This document shows, one piece after another, positions 1-10,146 of a stretch of 64,000 bases of DNA (within the stretch, counting starts at the first letter, position 1; each line of letters begins with the position of its first letter). Made by a program: the position numbers and the translations under genes. Under the pieces are notes generated by a model. The model made no database searches, was not told the DNA's origin, and was given only the letters and a program-made list of their open reading frames with translations. This stretch comes from an uncultured Brachyspira sp. (GTDB lineage Bacteria; Spirochaetota; JAAYUW01), in NCBI GenBank assembly GCA_964581895.1, contig CAZOPR010000002.1, positions 254,185 through 318,184 on the forward strand. Reading direction: 5' to 3'.

Positions 1-1115
1 CCACTTTTTTACCTCTATTGTTTTTGTTTTTTACGATTTATATAAATATTTCGCATATTAAAGATGTAAAAATTTTATCTGAAAATCATTTGCAAATTAT
101 TTTTGGTGAATTTTCTGATATTATAATTAATAGAACAAAATCTGACCTTCCTGCTTTTTTTAAGCAATTGAATATATTTTACAAAAAATATCCTGCTTTA
201 TTTAACTATTATTCATCGGCAGATACACTTATTATGTATATAACATTTGTTTCAAGTATGATATCTTCAATAATCTATATTATTACTTTCATTAATTTTA
301 ATACTATATCTATCATAAACCCTATTCAAAGATTAGTTGCAAATATGGAAAAAACAGCCAACCATGATTTTTCAGCTTTTACATATGTTGAATCAACAGA
401 TGAGATAGGTCAGATGGTCGTTAGTTTTAATAAGATGCTTATTGGATTAAATGAAAAAGAGAAAATAAAAGATCTATTTGGTCAATATTTAACTAAAGAG
501 ATATCTGATAAAATACTTACAAATCAGATTAATGTAAATGGAGAATTTTTTGATTCTACTATATTATTTTCTGATATAAGAGATTTTACTAAACTTACAC
601 AGGATATTTCTCCAGTCGAAGTTATCTCTTTTTTAAATGAATATTTTAATGAGATGATTGAAGTTGCAGTCAAATACGATGGGATCATAGATAAATTTAT
701 AGGTGATGGTATGTTGGTTGTTTTTGGTATACCATTTCAAACAAATGATCATGCTACAAAAGCCTTGCTATCATCTATTGAAATGCAAAAAGCCTTATTT
801 AAGATCAATCAGAAAAGACAAAGTGAGGGTAAAATTCCTATTAGAATAGGCATAGGGCTTCACTCTGGAACGGTGTTAGCTGGAAATATTGGGAATAAAA
901 GGAAATTGCAGTACACAGTTATTGGAGATACTGTAAATGTAGCTTCAAGAATAGAAAATTTAAATAAGCAGTTTTCAACTTCGATTTTGCTAAGTGAAGA
1001 TACCTATAAAAGATTGGATATAAATCTATTTAGTAAAGAAAATTTTTGTTTTCATGAAAATGTTGAAATAAGAGGTAAAAAAGAAAAACTCAACTTATAT
1101 TCATATCAATCGTAA
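1..1115 (+). CDS. Class III adenylate/guanylate cyclase with N-terminal membrane/sensor and HAMP-like region; 5' partial (frame open to window start, listed start 18 is a TTG)
   Basis: Cyclase homology-domain motifs FSDIRDFTKL, IGDGMLVVFG, GLHSGTVLAGNIG, GDTVNVASR; hydrophobic segment upstream; no stop between position 3 and 18 in frame. Confidence 0.75.
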   Translation, partial: TFLPLLFLFFTIYINISHIKDVKILSENHLQIIFGEFSDIIINRTKSDLPAFFKQLNIFYKKYPALFNYYSSADTLIMYITFVSSMISSIIYIITFINFNTISIINPIQRLVANMEKTANHDFSAFTYVESTDEIGQMVVSFNKMLIGLNEKEKIKDLFGQYLTKEISDKILTNQINVNGEFFDSTILFSDIRDFTKLTQDISPVEVISFLNEYFNEMIEVAVKYDGIIDKFIGDGMLVVFGIPFQTNDHATKALLSSIEMQKALFKINQKRQSEGKIPIRIGIGLHSGTVLAGNIGNKRKLQYTVIGDTVNVASRIENLNKQFSTSILLSEDTYKRLDINLFSKENFCFHENVEIRGKKEKLNLYSYQS

Positions 1116-2290
1116 AGCTCATTGATTAGTGCAATATATTCTTTAGTCAGAGGGACATTTCTTCTTTTCATTATTTTTTCAATATTTTTAATAAGCGATG
1201 AATAATCATAGTGTTTTTCTTCTCCCCACATTGCATGAGCAACTGCTTTACTTTTAGGATTTTCAAACAAAATAGTACATTCACCAATTATTGTTCCGCA
1301 ATTTATCATAAGTCCTATTGAACATTTGACATGATCTCCAAAAAGCGAACCCATCTTTATTTGACCGCTGTCTATGTTATTGTTTCTGTATATGAACTTT
1401 ATATTTGAATAGTTGTTTTTTAAGTCTGAAGTTGTTGTCATGGCTCCAATATTTACCCATTCTCCCAAATAAGAATGTCCTAAAAAACCAGTATGATGTT
1501 TATTTGAAAAGTCGCTTATAATAGAGGCTTCTATTTCACCAGAGATTCTGCAATTAGAACCTATGGTAACATTATCATGAATATATCCCCTATCTACTAT
1601 GGTCTGAGGTCCTATATAACAACTTCCTCTTACTTCTGTAAATGCATTGATTTGAGCTTCTTTGTCAATTATAATAATGCCATCTAACGGCTCTATTGAA
1701 GTCAAAGGATGAACTTTAGCTTTTGGGTGGATGAAAAGATTATTCCCTTTATGCTTAAATTCCTTTATTCTCCCTGCAATAAATAGAACCTTATCCTGCT
1801 CAATATAACTTTTCTGATTAGATATAATATCAAAAAGATATTTTATAGAAGGAGCTTTTTGGACATCATTACATAATCCAAGAATTTCATAATCAAGTGA
1901 ATGCTCGTATAAGTTTTTTGGATTAATCTTTGCTAATAATTTTTTATTTGTACGTATAGCAAGAATCTCCTTATTTTCATCACATAATGCACAGTTTTCT
2001 TTCAGGCTTGATAAAGAGAGAAAATCAATTAATCTACTATTTATAAAAAGGACATCTTCGGAGTAATCATAAACAGGATTATCTATATTATTTTTTAATA
2101 AAAAATAGGAAAGCTGATTCTTCCTTGCTATGAATGATACTGAATCTATTTTATCTTTTAATATATATTTTAGATTAAATGCTTTCTGATAGATTTTGGT
2201 AAAGCCGGCATAAAGGTCAAATGCAGGATGGAAAGTTGAAAGGGGATGCAGTAAAGAGTTATAATAATCTTCAAATAAGACAATATTCAT
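1106..2290 (-). CDS. Hexapeptide-repeat (left-handed beta-helix) protein, putative sugar-nucleotide transferase-like
   Basis: C-terminal hexapeptide-like repeats (VTIGSNCRISGEIE, WVNIGAMTTTSD); ATG at 2290 has AGGAG 5 nt upstream and is preferred over the GTG at 2296 in the ORF track. Confidence 0.45.
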   Translation of the reverse strand: MNIVLFEDYYNSLLHPLSTFHPAFDLYAGFTKIYQKAFNLKYILKDKIDSVSFIARKNQLSYFLLKNNIDNPVYDYSEDVLFINSRLIDFLSLSSLKENCALCDENKEILAIRTNKKLLAKINPKNLYEHSLDYEILGLCNDVQKAPSIKYLFDIISNQKSYIEQDKVLFIAGRIKEFKHKGNNLFIHPKAKVHPLTSIEPLDGIIIIDKEAQINAFTEVRGSCYIGPQTIVDRGYIHDNVTIGSNCRISGEIEASIISDFSNKHHTGFLGHSYLGEWVNIGAMTTTSDLKNNYSNIKFIYRNNNIDSGQIKMGSLFGDHVKCSIGLMINCGTIIGECTILFENPKSKAVAHAMWGEEKHYDYSSLIKNIEKIMKRRNVPLTKEYIALINELYD

Positions 2291-2397
2291 ATGCACTCCT
2301 TCAAAAAAGATTTTTTACAAAATATCTTTACAATAAATTTTAAACCAAAAAATTTTAATAAAATCTATTTTTCAATTTAATTGTATTTTTTTTGTTT

Positions 2398-4029
2398 TTA
2401 AAAGACTTTCTCACCTTTAAAAAATGTGTTTAGTACTTTTATATCAAGTAGCTGTTCATTGTTTTCAATATGAAAAATATCTTTATTTAATACAATAAAA
2501 TCAGAAGAAAAACCTTCGGTTAAAATTCCACAATTTTCAAACTGACTATACTTATGGGCAAAAGTTGTATAAGCCTTAACAGCATCATAGCTTGAGATAG
2601 CCTCATTTTGATTGAGTGTTTTACCTTTTGATAGTTTAAAACCAGAATGCGTTATTGCACAATAGATACCATAAAAAGGATTTAATGGTGCTACTGGATA
2701 ATCGGTTGAGAAAGAAGGGAAGATATTGTTTTTAATTAAAGAATTGAATCTATAAAGTAGATTTGTTCTATTTTTTAAGTATTTTGTTGCCGAAGCTATA
2801 TCCTGGTCGATATGGACAGGTTGCATTACAATCTGAGTTTTCAAATATTTTAGTTTTTGAATAGCTTCATCAGTTAAAGTCTGTGCATGTTCCATTCTAA
2901 GAGGAATCTTTGGGTCAAGATTTCTTGCAAATTCAAAAAGATTTGAAATATCTAATGTTGCTCTATCACCAATAGCGTGAATGCTAAGTCCTATCTGGTT
3001 TTTTATGGCTTTTTCAGAAAGATAGATTAACTTTTCCATTTCGATATTTGCTTTTCCTATATTATTAGTATCATCGTAAGGCAAAATCATTAAGCCAGTC
3101 TGACTTCCAAGTGAACCATCATATAATATTTTTAAGCCACCTATTTTAAGCTGGTCACTTCCCATGCCAGTCGAAAGGCCTAAAGAGATAAAGTTATCAA
3201 GGGCATCTTCTGGAATCGAGATTAAACAACGGATTGAAATTGTATCTATTGGCATTTTCTGTAGATATCTAAAAGGTGAATCTGAATAAAGGCTTGAGCA
3301 ATCTGTAATTGCTGTTATTCCATTTTGATTAAAAATTTTTACAACCTTTTTTATATTTTCGAGAATCTGTTCATCATCAATCTTGTATTTGATAGATAGA
3401 GAATTTGAAATATATCTCATGGTGTTTTCACAGAAAATACCAGAGATTTTGCCATCTTTATCTTTTTTTATCCCATCAAAATATTGTTTTTCATCTATAT
3501 TTATCTTTTTTAAAAGATTTTTATCCGGGTTTTCTACATCTAAAATTTTCATAGCATATTCATTTAACCAGACAGAATGATAATCCTTAGAAAAGAGGAT
3601 AATTGGGATCTTATCAAAAGAAGTAAGATCTTTAAAAGAAGGATCATCTGATTTATCTACCCAGTTGTTCTTATCCCAGCCTCCTCCAATAATCCAATTG
3701 TTTGAATTTGAGTTTATAGTGCTAAAATAGAATTCTTTAATTTTATCTATCACCTGCTTAAAAGATCTTGCAAAACTTAAATCAATATCATTTAAATGTA
3801 CGACAGGATACATAAAATGCACATGAGAATCACAAAAAGAAGGGATGCAGCAGTAACCTTCAAGATCATAAGTATTTATTTCATATCCTTTTCTTTGAAA
3901 TCTTTTTAGCGGGATCTGTTCATCTGAGGTAAAAACTATTTTACCATCTATGGCAAGCATATATGAAAAAGAATCATTTTCTGATAGTAAAGAGTAAAAT
4001 TTCCCATTTTTAAAATATTGTATCTTCAT
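2398..4029 (-). CDS. Amidohydrolase-family metal-dependent hydrolase
   Basis: N-terminal metal-binding HxH signature (CDSHVHFMYP) in a 543-aa protein; ATG start. Confidence 0.55.
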   Translation of the reverse strand: MKIQYFKNGKFYSLLSENDSFSYMLAIDGKIVFTSDEQIPLKRFQRKGYEINTYDLEGYCCIPSFCDSHVHFMYPVVHLNDIDLSFARSFKQVIDKIKEFYFSTINSNSNNWIIGGGWDKNNWVDKSDDPSFKDLTSFDKIPIILFSKDYHSVWLNEYAMKILDVENPDKNLLKKINIDEKQYFDGIKKDKDGKISGIFCENTMRYISNSLSIKYKIDDEQILENIKKVVKIFNQNGITAITDCSSLYSDSPFRYLQKMPIDTISIRCLISIPEDALDNFISLGLSTGMGSDQLKIGGLKILYDGSLGSQTGLMILPYDDTNNIGKANIEMEKLIYLSEKAIKNQIGLSIHAIGDRATLDISNLFEFARNLDPKIPLRMEHAQTLTDEAIQKLKYLKTQIVMQPVHIDQDIASATKYLKNRTNLLYRFNSLIKNNIFPSFSTDYPVAPLNPFYGIYCAITHSGFKLSKGKTLNQNEAISSYDAVKAYTTFAHKYSQFENCGILTEGFSSDFIVLNKDIFHIENNEQLLDIKVLNTFFKGEKVF

Positions 4030-4142
4030 GAAAATACCCTAAAAAATTTCTTTAAAAAATTTTGCATTAAAGATTGATAATGTCAAATTATAGGAGGTTA
4101 TAATAAATAAAAAAATGTCGAAAAAAATAAGAGGAGGGATTT

Positions 4143-5621
4143 TTGAAAGTTAAAAAATCATTAATTTTAATTATTTTTTGTTTTTCAATCTTCTTTATTT
4201 CTCAATCTATTTACACAAAAGTTTTTTATGAAGGTTCACAAAATTTATGGGGAAATGTATATAAAGAATATAACTTAGATAAAGTTAGTTATAGGAATAT
4301 GATATCTTATAAAATAAAAGAAAATGAAAAGGAATTTGACGAAACGACAGATTTGATAATACATTTTAATGAACAAAAAAAGGATGATTTTAGGATTATT
4401 GGCAATTATAGAATATCCGAGGCTCAATACATCCCTAACATTGATAATAAAGTATATGGGTTAGCCTCAGCAAACTTTTCACTTTCACATCACAGGATAA
4501 AATTACTTGCTGAAAAAGGTTCGCTTTTATATCCTGGTTCAAAGATAGATAATTTTACGATTTCTTTTTGGGTTTATCCTCAATCAAGTTATGAAGGGAA
4601 TGAACTTTTTTCTTATTATAGTCCAGCATACAACAAGAGTACAGATAAAATAGAATTTACCGGATTCAAAGCTTATTTGGTCGATAATATAGTTTATATA
4701 AAATTTGATAATATCTTCTTTATTAAAGGTATCCCTGTCAGTTTCGTCATAAATACTGGAGTTGAATTGGACATAGTAAAATGGCAGCATATCGCATTTA
4801 CATACAATAAGTATAATGGTAAATTTATCTGTTATAAAAACAATCACAAAACTGGAATATTTTATTTTACTGATTCTGGAAATGAAAAAGGAACAGTACT
4901 TGAAGGTATAATCCCAGAAGAACTAAGGACTTATCTTATAATCGGGCAAAGTTTTTTTGGAAATATAGATGAATTTATCCTAGAAAAAAAAGTAGAAGAT
5001 GAATTTGATCTGACACAGTATAAGCAAGAAGGCGGGTACCTTCTTTCTAAAGTGATAGATTTGAATTATTATTCTTCTAAGATATTAAAATTTGAAACTA
5101 AAAGTATTTGTGAAAACAAAACCTCAATAGTTGTTTATTATAGAATAATGGAAGATTTTTATGATGAAGAAGATCAGGCAATTCCATGGAAAATTTACGA
5201 CGAAAATAGTAAAATGACAGGTAGATACCTGCAATGGAAGATATTTTTTTATCCTTCTTATGAAGGTAAATTCACTCCACAACTACTCGATTTTATAATA
5301 ACAATTCTACCAAATTATCCACCTGCACCTCCAAACAACTTGAACTACAATCTTTTACCTAACTCACAGGTTGAGATTTTCTGGAATAAAAATATAGAAT
5401 CAGATGTTATAGGTTATTATGTATATTATGGGACAAAAAGTAAGCAGTATCTATGTAATGATGCAGTAGAAGGACAATCGCCAATTTTTACTGAAAAAAA
5501 TTCAATAATAATAACACTTAAACCAGCCACAGAGTATTTTGTCGCCGTAAAAGCTGTTGATAATGCTTATTATCCTCAGAAATCAGATTTTTCAAATGAA
5601 ATTGTCTTTCGAACAAAGTAA
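4143..5621 (+). CDS. Secreted protein with lectin/LamG-like region and C-terminal fibronectin type III-like domain
   Basis: N-terminal signal peptide; C-terminal FN3-like segment (PPAPPNNLNYN...YYVYYGT...TEYFVAVKAVDN); listed start is TTG, an in-frame ATG exists at 4116. Confidence 0.4.
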   Translation: MKVKKSLILIIFCFSIFFISQSIYTKVFYEGSQNLWGNVYKEYNLDKVSYRNMISYKIKENEKEFDETTDLIIHFNEQKKDDFRIIGNYRISEAQYIPNIDNKVYGLASANFSLSHHRIKLLAEKGSLLYPGSKIDNFTISFWVYPQSSYEGNELFSYYSPAYNKSTDKIEFTGFKAYLVDNIVYIKFDNIFFIKGIPVSFVINTGVELDIVKWQHIAFTYNKYNGKFICYKNNHKTGIFYFTDSGNEKGTVLEGIIPEELRTYLIIGQSFFGNIDEFILEKKVEDEFDLTQYKQEGGYLLSKVIDLNYYSSKILKFETKSICENKTSIVVYYRIMEDFYDEEDQAIPWKIYDENSKMTGRYLQWKIFFYPSYEGKFTPQLLDFIITILPNYPPAPPNNLNYNLLPNSQVEIFWNKNIESDVIGYYVYYGTKSKQYLCNDAVEGQSPIFTEKNSIIITLKPATEYFVAVKAVDNAYYPQKSDFSNEIVFRTK

Positions 5622-5745
5622 TTTTTATTCATTTATTTTTTAGTTGTAAAAACTTACCATTTATACATGTAAAAAAATTGTAAAAAGTTATATTTACTGG
5701 TATAGAAATCTTTTTAAAAAATACTATAATAATAGTAGTAGGTGC

Positions 5746-5800
5746 AAAAATTAAAAAATGTATAATATTTGAAGCGATAAGTGAGAAGAAAAAAAAATAG
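5746..5800. repeat. Direct repeat copy 1 (55 bp) upstream of the MNT-HEPN pair; contains TGTATAAT -10-like element
   Basis: aaaaattaaaaaatgtataatatttgaagcgataagtGagaagaaaaaaaaatag; identical to 6531-6585 except one base. Confidence 0.85.
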
Positions 5801-5823
5801 TATAAAAATAATTAAGGTAAAAT

Positions 5824-6135
5824 ATGGAAAAAGTAATTAAAATTATTAAAGATGAAATCGAAAAATGTGATTTAAAAGTTTTAAAAATAATATTATTTGG
5901 TTCAAGATCTAGAGGTGATTTCAGAGATGATAGCGATTGGGACTTCCTTATTATAATAAATAAGAATTTAGATAGATCCAAAAAATGGGATTTGATAATA
6001 AAAATAAAAAGAAGATTATCTTCTTTAAAAATTCCTAATGATATTATAATAAACTCCTTTGAAGAGTTTGAAGAGAGAAAAGATAATGTAGGTTATATTA
6101 CATATTATGCATTTAGAGAAGGCATATCTTTATGA
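5824..6135 (+). CDS. Minimal nucleotidyltransferase (MNT-type, antitoxin-like)
   Basis: Pol-beta superfamily NTase motif ILFGSRSRGDFRDDSDWDFLII (GS...DxD); 103 aa; stop overlaps next start (ATGA). Confidence 0.75.
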   Translation: MEKVIKIIKDEIEKCDLKVLKIILFGSRSRGDFRDDSDWDFLIIINKNLDRSKKWDLIIKIKRRLSSLKIPNDIIINSFEEFEERKDNVGYITYYAFREGISL

Positions 6136-6539
6136 ATGAACAAAGAGTTGAGCAGTGGATTATTCTTGCTGAAGGAGACTTAAAAACAGCAGAAGATGAA
6201 CTATCTATGTCAGAACCATTTACTAATTCAATTTGTTTTCATGCTCAGCAATTAGTTGAAAAATACTTGAAAGCATATCTAACCTTTTATGGAAAACCTT
6301 TTAGAAAAACTCATGACCTTACAGAGTTAATCAATGAATGCATTGAATTTAATAAAGACTTTCAGAACTTATTTGAATTAGATGTTGATAAATTAACACA
6401 ATATTCTATAGATTCGAGATACCCTGATGATTTTTATATTCCATCATTAGATGAAGCAAAAGAAGCTATAAATTTAGCTAAAGAAGCTAAGACTTTCATC
6501 ATTAAAAAATTTGAGGATAATGGATATAGAAAAAATTAA
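6132..6539 (+). CDS. HEPN domain protein (toxin-like partner of MNT)
   Basis: 135-aa helical protein directly coupled to MNT gene; R-x-x-H (FRKTHDL) and SRYPDD segments typical of HEPN partners. Confidence 0.65.
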   Translation: MNEQRVEQWIILAEGDLKTAEDELSMSEPFTNSICFHAQQLVEKYLKAYLTFYGKPFRKTHDLTELINECIEFNKDFQNLFELDVDKLTQYSIDSRYPDDFYIPSLDEAKEAINLAKEAKTFIIKKFEDNGYRKN

Positions 6540-6585
6540 AAAATGTATAATATTTGAAGCGATAAGTAAGAAGAAAAAAAAATAG
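6531..6585. repeat. Direct repeat copy 2 (55 bp) overlapping the HEPN stop and immediately upstream of folD
   Basis: Same sequence as 5746-5800 with a single G/A difference. Confidence 0.85.
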
Positions 6586-6598
6586 AAGGAAAGAATTT

Positions 6599-7426
6599 AT
6601 GATTGAGCTAAATGGAAACCCAGTTAAAAAGGATATTGAAGAAAAGTTATTGGAAATTATTAATAAGATAAATAGAAAAAAAGTAATAACAATTTTAGAA
6701 AATACTTATGATCCTTCAGCACAAACTTATGCAAAGGCAAAAAAAAAGCTTTTTGATAAATACAGTATTCCTTACAATACTATCCCTGTTTTACAAAACT
6801 ACGGTGAAAATGAAATAATAAATATTATAACTACATTAAATAAAGATGAGAAAGTTGCTGGTATATTTTTGGAACTTCCACTTCCAAATAATATCGATTC
6901 AAAAAAGATTGTAGATTATATAGAATACGAAAAAGATGTTGAAGGAGTTACAACAAAAGCTCTTGGCAAGCTTTTTTCAGGAGATGAAACAATAGTAGCC
7001 CCGACTGCTATGAGTATTATTAAGATTCTTGAATATTATAAAATACCAATCGCAAAAGCAGATGTCGTTGTAATAAATAGAAGTATGATCATAGGCAAAC
7101 CTTTAATTGCTCTTTTACTTAATAGAAATGCAACAGTAACTGTTTGTCATACTAAAACAGTTGATATCGATTCTCATATAGCGAGGGCTGATATTGTTGT
7201 AAGTGGAGTCGCAAAACCTCATTTTTTCGAAGGCAAAAGACTAAAAAAAAATTGTGTCATTATGGATGCATCTATAAATTTTGAAGGCGAAAAAATAGTT
7301 GGTGATTTTGATCCCTATCTTTTTCAAAATAGAGATGATATAAAATATACACCAACACCCAAAGGAGTTGGTGTTGTTACAAACTCTGTACTTCTTGAAA
7401 ATTGCGTTAAGCTACTTTTAAAATAA
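6599..7426 (+). CDS. folD: Bifunctional methylenetetrahydrofolate dehydrogenase/cyclohydrolase
   Basis: ELPLP, KDVEG, VVINRSMIIGKPLIALLLNRNATVTVCHTKT motifs; RBS GAAGGAAAG upstream of ATG. Confidence 0.9.
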   Translation: MIELNGNPVKKDIEEKLLEIINKINRKKVITILENTYDPSAQTYAKAKKKLFDKYSIPYNTIPVLQNYGENEIINIITTLNKDEKVAGIFLELPLPNNIDSKKIVDYIEYEKDVEGVTTKALGKLFSGDETIVAPTAMSIIKILEYYKIPIAKADVVVINRSMIIGKPLIALLLNRNATVTVCHTKTVDIDSHIARADIVVSGVAKPHFFEGKRLKKNCVIMDASINFEGEKIVGDFDPYLFQNRDDIKYTPTPKGVGVVTNSVLLENCVKLLLK

Positions 7427-7457
7427 AATACTTGAAATAAAATATTTGAAATAAAAA

Positions 7458-8483
7458 ATGAGAGATTCACTGTTAAAAATATTCAATCTTGAAGAAAAGA
7501 AAAGCTATGCGATTATTGGAAACTCAAAAAATGCTGGGAAGACAACTGTATTAAATAAAATTGTAAAAGATATTTCAGATATAAATAAAAAATCAGCAGT
7601 TTCATCTATCGGCTGGGATGGCGAGGCTATCGATAGAGTTTATAAGACTGAGAAACCTGCTGTAATTATTCCAAGGGGATCTTTTGTCGCAACTTGTAAA
7701 GAACTTTTACCAATAAATTCATCACTTTTTAAGATTTATGAAGATAGCAAAATAGAAACAATACTTGGTTCAATCTATATAGTTGAAGCATTAAGTAGCA
7801 TGAAAGTAGAAATTGTTGGTCCAAGGGACTTAAAATCAACTAAAAGCCTTATAGATAAACTAAAAAAATACTGCGATTACATATTACTTGATGGAGCATT
7901 AAATAGAAGTACAAGTGCTTCTTCTATGATTACAGATGGTTTTATCCTTTCCATCTTATATAGCGGAAAAGAAAGTATATCAGAATTTGAAAAAAATATA
8001 AAATTGTTTTATGAAAAGTATAATAATTTTGAAATAATAGATAAAAAAGTTTTGAATATAGATTCATCAGAGTTAATAACTAAAAATTTTGTTGCAATTG
8101 GAAGAGATAAAGAAATAATATTTATGGATTTTCAAAATCCGATACAAAACGAAGAAAAACTATTAAAAGTTGAAAATAAAGCAGATTGGATATATCTTCC
8201 AGGAGCCCTTACAGATATTACAGTAGAAAAATTGTCAAATTTTTTTGTAGATATATCCATAATTATAGATGATTGGACTAAAAACTTCTTATCTCAAAGA
8301 ATTTTAACGATATTAAAAAATAGAAATTGCAAGATTTATTATCTATTTAATTCAAAACTTGTTGGAGTTACTATTTCGACATTTTCATATTCAAATTTTA
8401 TTAAATCACTACCTGATCAGTTAATTTCTATCGTAAAATCGATATTTAAAAATTATCCTGTTGTCGACCTTTTTTATAATTGA
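7458..8483 (+). CDS. Hypothetical protein with P-loop (Walker A-like) N-terminus
   Basis: GNSKNAGKTT near N-terminus; no further family recognised. Confidence 0.3.
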   Translation: MRDSLLKIFNLEEKKSYAIIGNSKNAGKTTVLNKIVKDISDINKKSAVSSIGWDGEAIDRVYKTEKPAVIIPRGSFVATCKELLPINSSLFKIYEDSKIETILGSIYIVEALSSMKVEIVGPRDLKSTKSLIDKLKKYCDYILLDGALNRSTSASSMITDGFILSILYSGKESISEFEKNIKLFYEKYNNFEIIDKKVLNIDSSELITKNFVAIGRDKEIIFMDFQNPIQNEEKLLKVENKADWIYLPGALTDITVEKLSNFFVDISIIIDDWTKNFLSQRILTILKNRNCKIYYLFNSKLVGVTISTFSYSNFIKSLPDQLISIVKSIFKNYPVVDLFYN

Positions 8484-8594
8484 TAAATTAAACTTTCATG
8501 TTATTTTTGCTCAATTCTTAAATTAGAATTATTTATTAATAAAAATTAAATATCATGTAAAATTATATATTAAGGGAAAGTAAGGAGAATTTTC

Positions 8595-9479
8595 ATGTCA
8601 TCTAAAAAAATTACTCAGGATAAAAGATTTTTGAATGAGATAAAATCTTACCTTATTATCGCTTTAGGAATGTTTATAAATTCTATTGGCTGGGCAGTAT
8701 TTTTAATCCCTTCAAAAATGGTTGGAGGCGGAGTTAGTGGTATATCTGCCTTACTATTTTATGGGTTTAAGATACCTGTTGGTTTAAGTATAATTGTTAT
8801 AAATGGGTTTCTTGTATTTTTAGGGATGAAGATTATCGGTTCATCTTTTGGTATAAAAACAGTATTTGGCATAATCTCTCTATCAATTTTTATCACAATA
8901 ATTCAAAAATTCATAAAAGGTCCAGTTATTTCAGATACACTTTTATCCTCAATCATTGGTGGAATATTTCTTGGAGGTGGCATTGGTATTGCATTTACTT
9001 CAGGAGGTTCTTCTGGTGGAACAGATATAATAGCTATGATTATAAATAAATTCTGGGATTTGGCTCCTGGTAAAGTTATATTTTTCTTAGATGTCATAAT
9101 AATAGCTTGCTCATACTTTTTAGTTCATTCAATAGAAAGGATAATTTATGGATATGTTACAATGGCTGTTACCGCATATACAATAGATCTGGTTCTTGAA
9201 GGAAGTAAACAATCTGTTCAATTATTAGTTGTTACAAAAGCATCTGATGCTATAGCAAATAGGATAACAAATCAGATAAAAAGAGGTGTCACCTTGATTT
9301 CTGGCAAAGGATGGTATACAAAGCAAACTACAGATATTTTATTGATATTGGTAAGAAAATATGAACTTCAGGATTGCCTCTCAATAATAAAACAGGAAGA
9401 CCCGCAGAGCTTTATATCTGTTTCATCAGTTATGGGTGTATATGGTAAAGGCTTTGATCAGATAAAAAAAGGTCTATAA
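8595..9479 (+). CDS. YitT-family membrane protein (DUF161/DUF2179-like)
   Basis: Multi-TM N-terminal region with Gly-rich segments (GGGVSGISALLFY, GGSSGGTDIIAM) and soluble C-terminal domain; AAGGAG RBS. Confidence 0.6.
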   Translation: MSSKKITQDKRFLNEIKSYLIIALGMFINSIGWAVFLIPSKMVGGGVSGISALLFYGFKIPVGLSIIVINGFLVFLGMKIIGSSFGIKTVFGIISLSIFITIIQKFIKGPVISDTLLSSIIGGIFLGGGIGIAFTSGGSSGGTDIIAMIINKFWDLAPGKVIFFLDVIIIACSYFLVHSIERIIYGYVTMAVTAYTIDLVLEGSKQSVQLLVVTKASDAIANRITNQIKRGVTLISGKGWYTKQTTDILLILVRKYELQDCLSIIKQEDPQSFISVSSVMGVYGKGFDQIKKGL

Positions 9480-9609
9480 ATCAGGATTTATTAAAATTAA
9501 AAATTTATTAAAATTAAGTAATTCACTATTGAAAGAATTTTTAAAGGTAATATTATATGAGTAATTAACAAAAATATTGAAAAGTAGTTTTAAAATGGAG
9601 GTTTTTCAT

Positions 9610-10050
9610 ATGAGTATATGGCTTGTTTGGTTACTTATTGCCATTGTCATGTTTATTATTGAAATATTTACCCCTGGTTTCTTTTCGGCTTGTCTTGGTA
9701 TTGCAGCTGCAATAAATGCTATTTTAATACTTATTTTCCCAAATCTTTCAACTATTTTGCAAATTGTAATCTTTTCTATTTTATCTATTCTTAGCTTTGT
9801 GACTATAAGACCTTTTGCCTTAAAGTACCTTTATAAAAGATCGAATAATATAGCTACAAATGCCGACGGTCTTATAGGCAAAAGAGGTAAGATCATTAAA
9901 CCGATAACTCCATCAAACTATGGTTCTTTGAAGATTTATAGTGATGAATTGATGGCTCTTTCTGAAGATGGCACCCCTATCGAAGAAGGTAGCGAAGTTG
10001 AAATTGTTAAACTTGATGGAATAAAAGTGATAGTTAGAAAGGTGAACTAA
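9610..10050 (+). CDS. NfeD-family membrane protein (partner of SPFH protein)
   Basis: Two TM helices then OB-fold-like C-terminus; directly upstream of SPFH gene; ATG 9610 preceded by GGAGG (track start 9577 is TTG). Confidence 0.6.
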   Translation: MSIWLVWLLIAIVMFIIEIFTPGFFSACLGIAAAINAILILIFPNLSTILQIVIFSILSILSFVTIRPFALKYLYKRSNNIATNADGLIGKRGKIIKPITPSNYGSLKIYSDELMALSEDGTPIEEGSEVEIVKLDGIKVIVRKVN

Positions 10051-10146
10051 CTATTAAAGTTAATTGAATAATAAAAAAATTAAATAATATAGTATAAAAA
10101 TATGACATTATAGTAAAAAAATATAGCATAAAAAAATGGAGGTTTT

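Noticed and set aside
3383-3580. Short antisense or embedded ORFs in the track (3383-3580, 4584-4847, 8903-9097, 10161-10346, 10533-10778, 10902-11123, 12945-13193, 14610-14846, 15070-15388, 22630-22983, 38931-39353, 41100-41402, 45813-46442, 61776-62412 and similar)
   Set aside because: All lie wholly inside longer ORFs with clear domain signatures on the opposite strand or another frame, and have low-complexity translations.
5751-5981. Minus-strand 76-aa ORF overlapping the first direct repeat and the MNT start
   Set aside because: Low-complexity translation; conflicts with the well-supported MNT gene on the plus strand.
5746-6585. Insertion sequence or transposon carrying the MNT-HEPN pair
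   Set aside because: No transposase or integrase and no terminal inverted repeats; only a direct repeat is seen, so a mobile_element feature is not supported.
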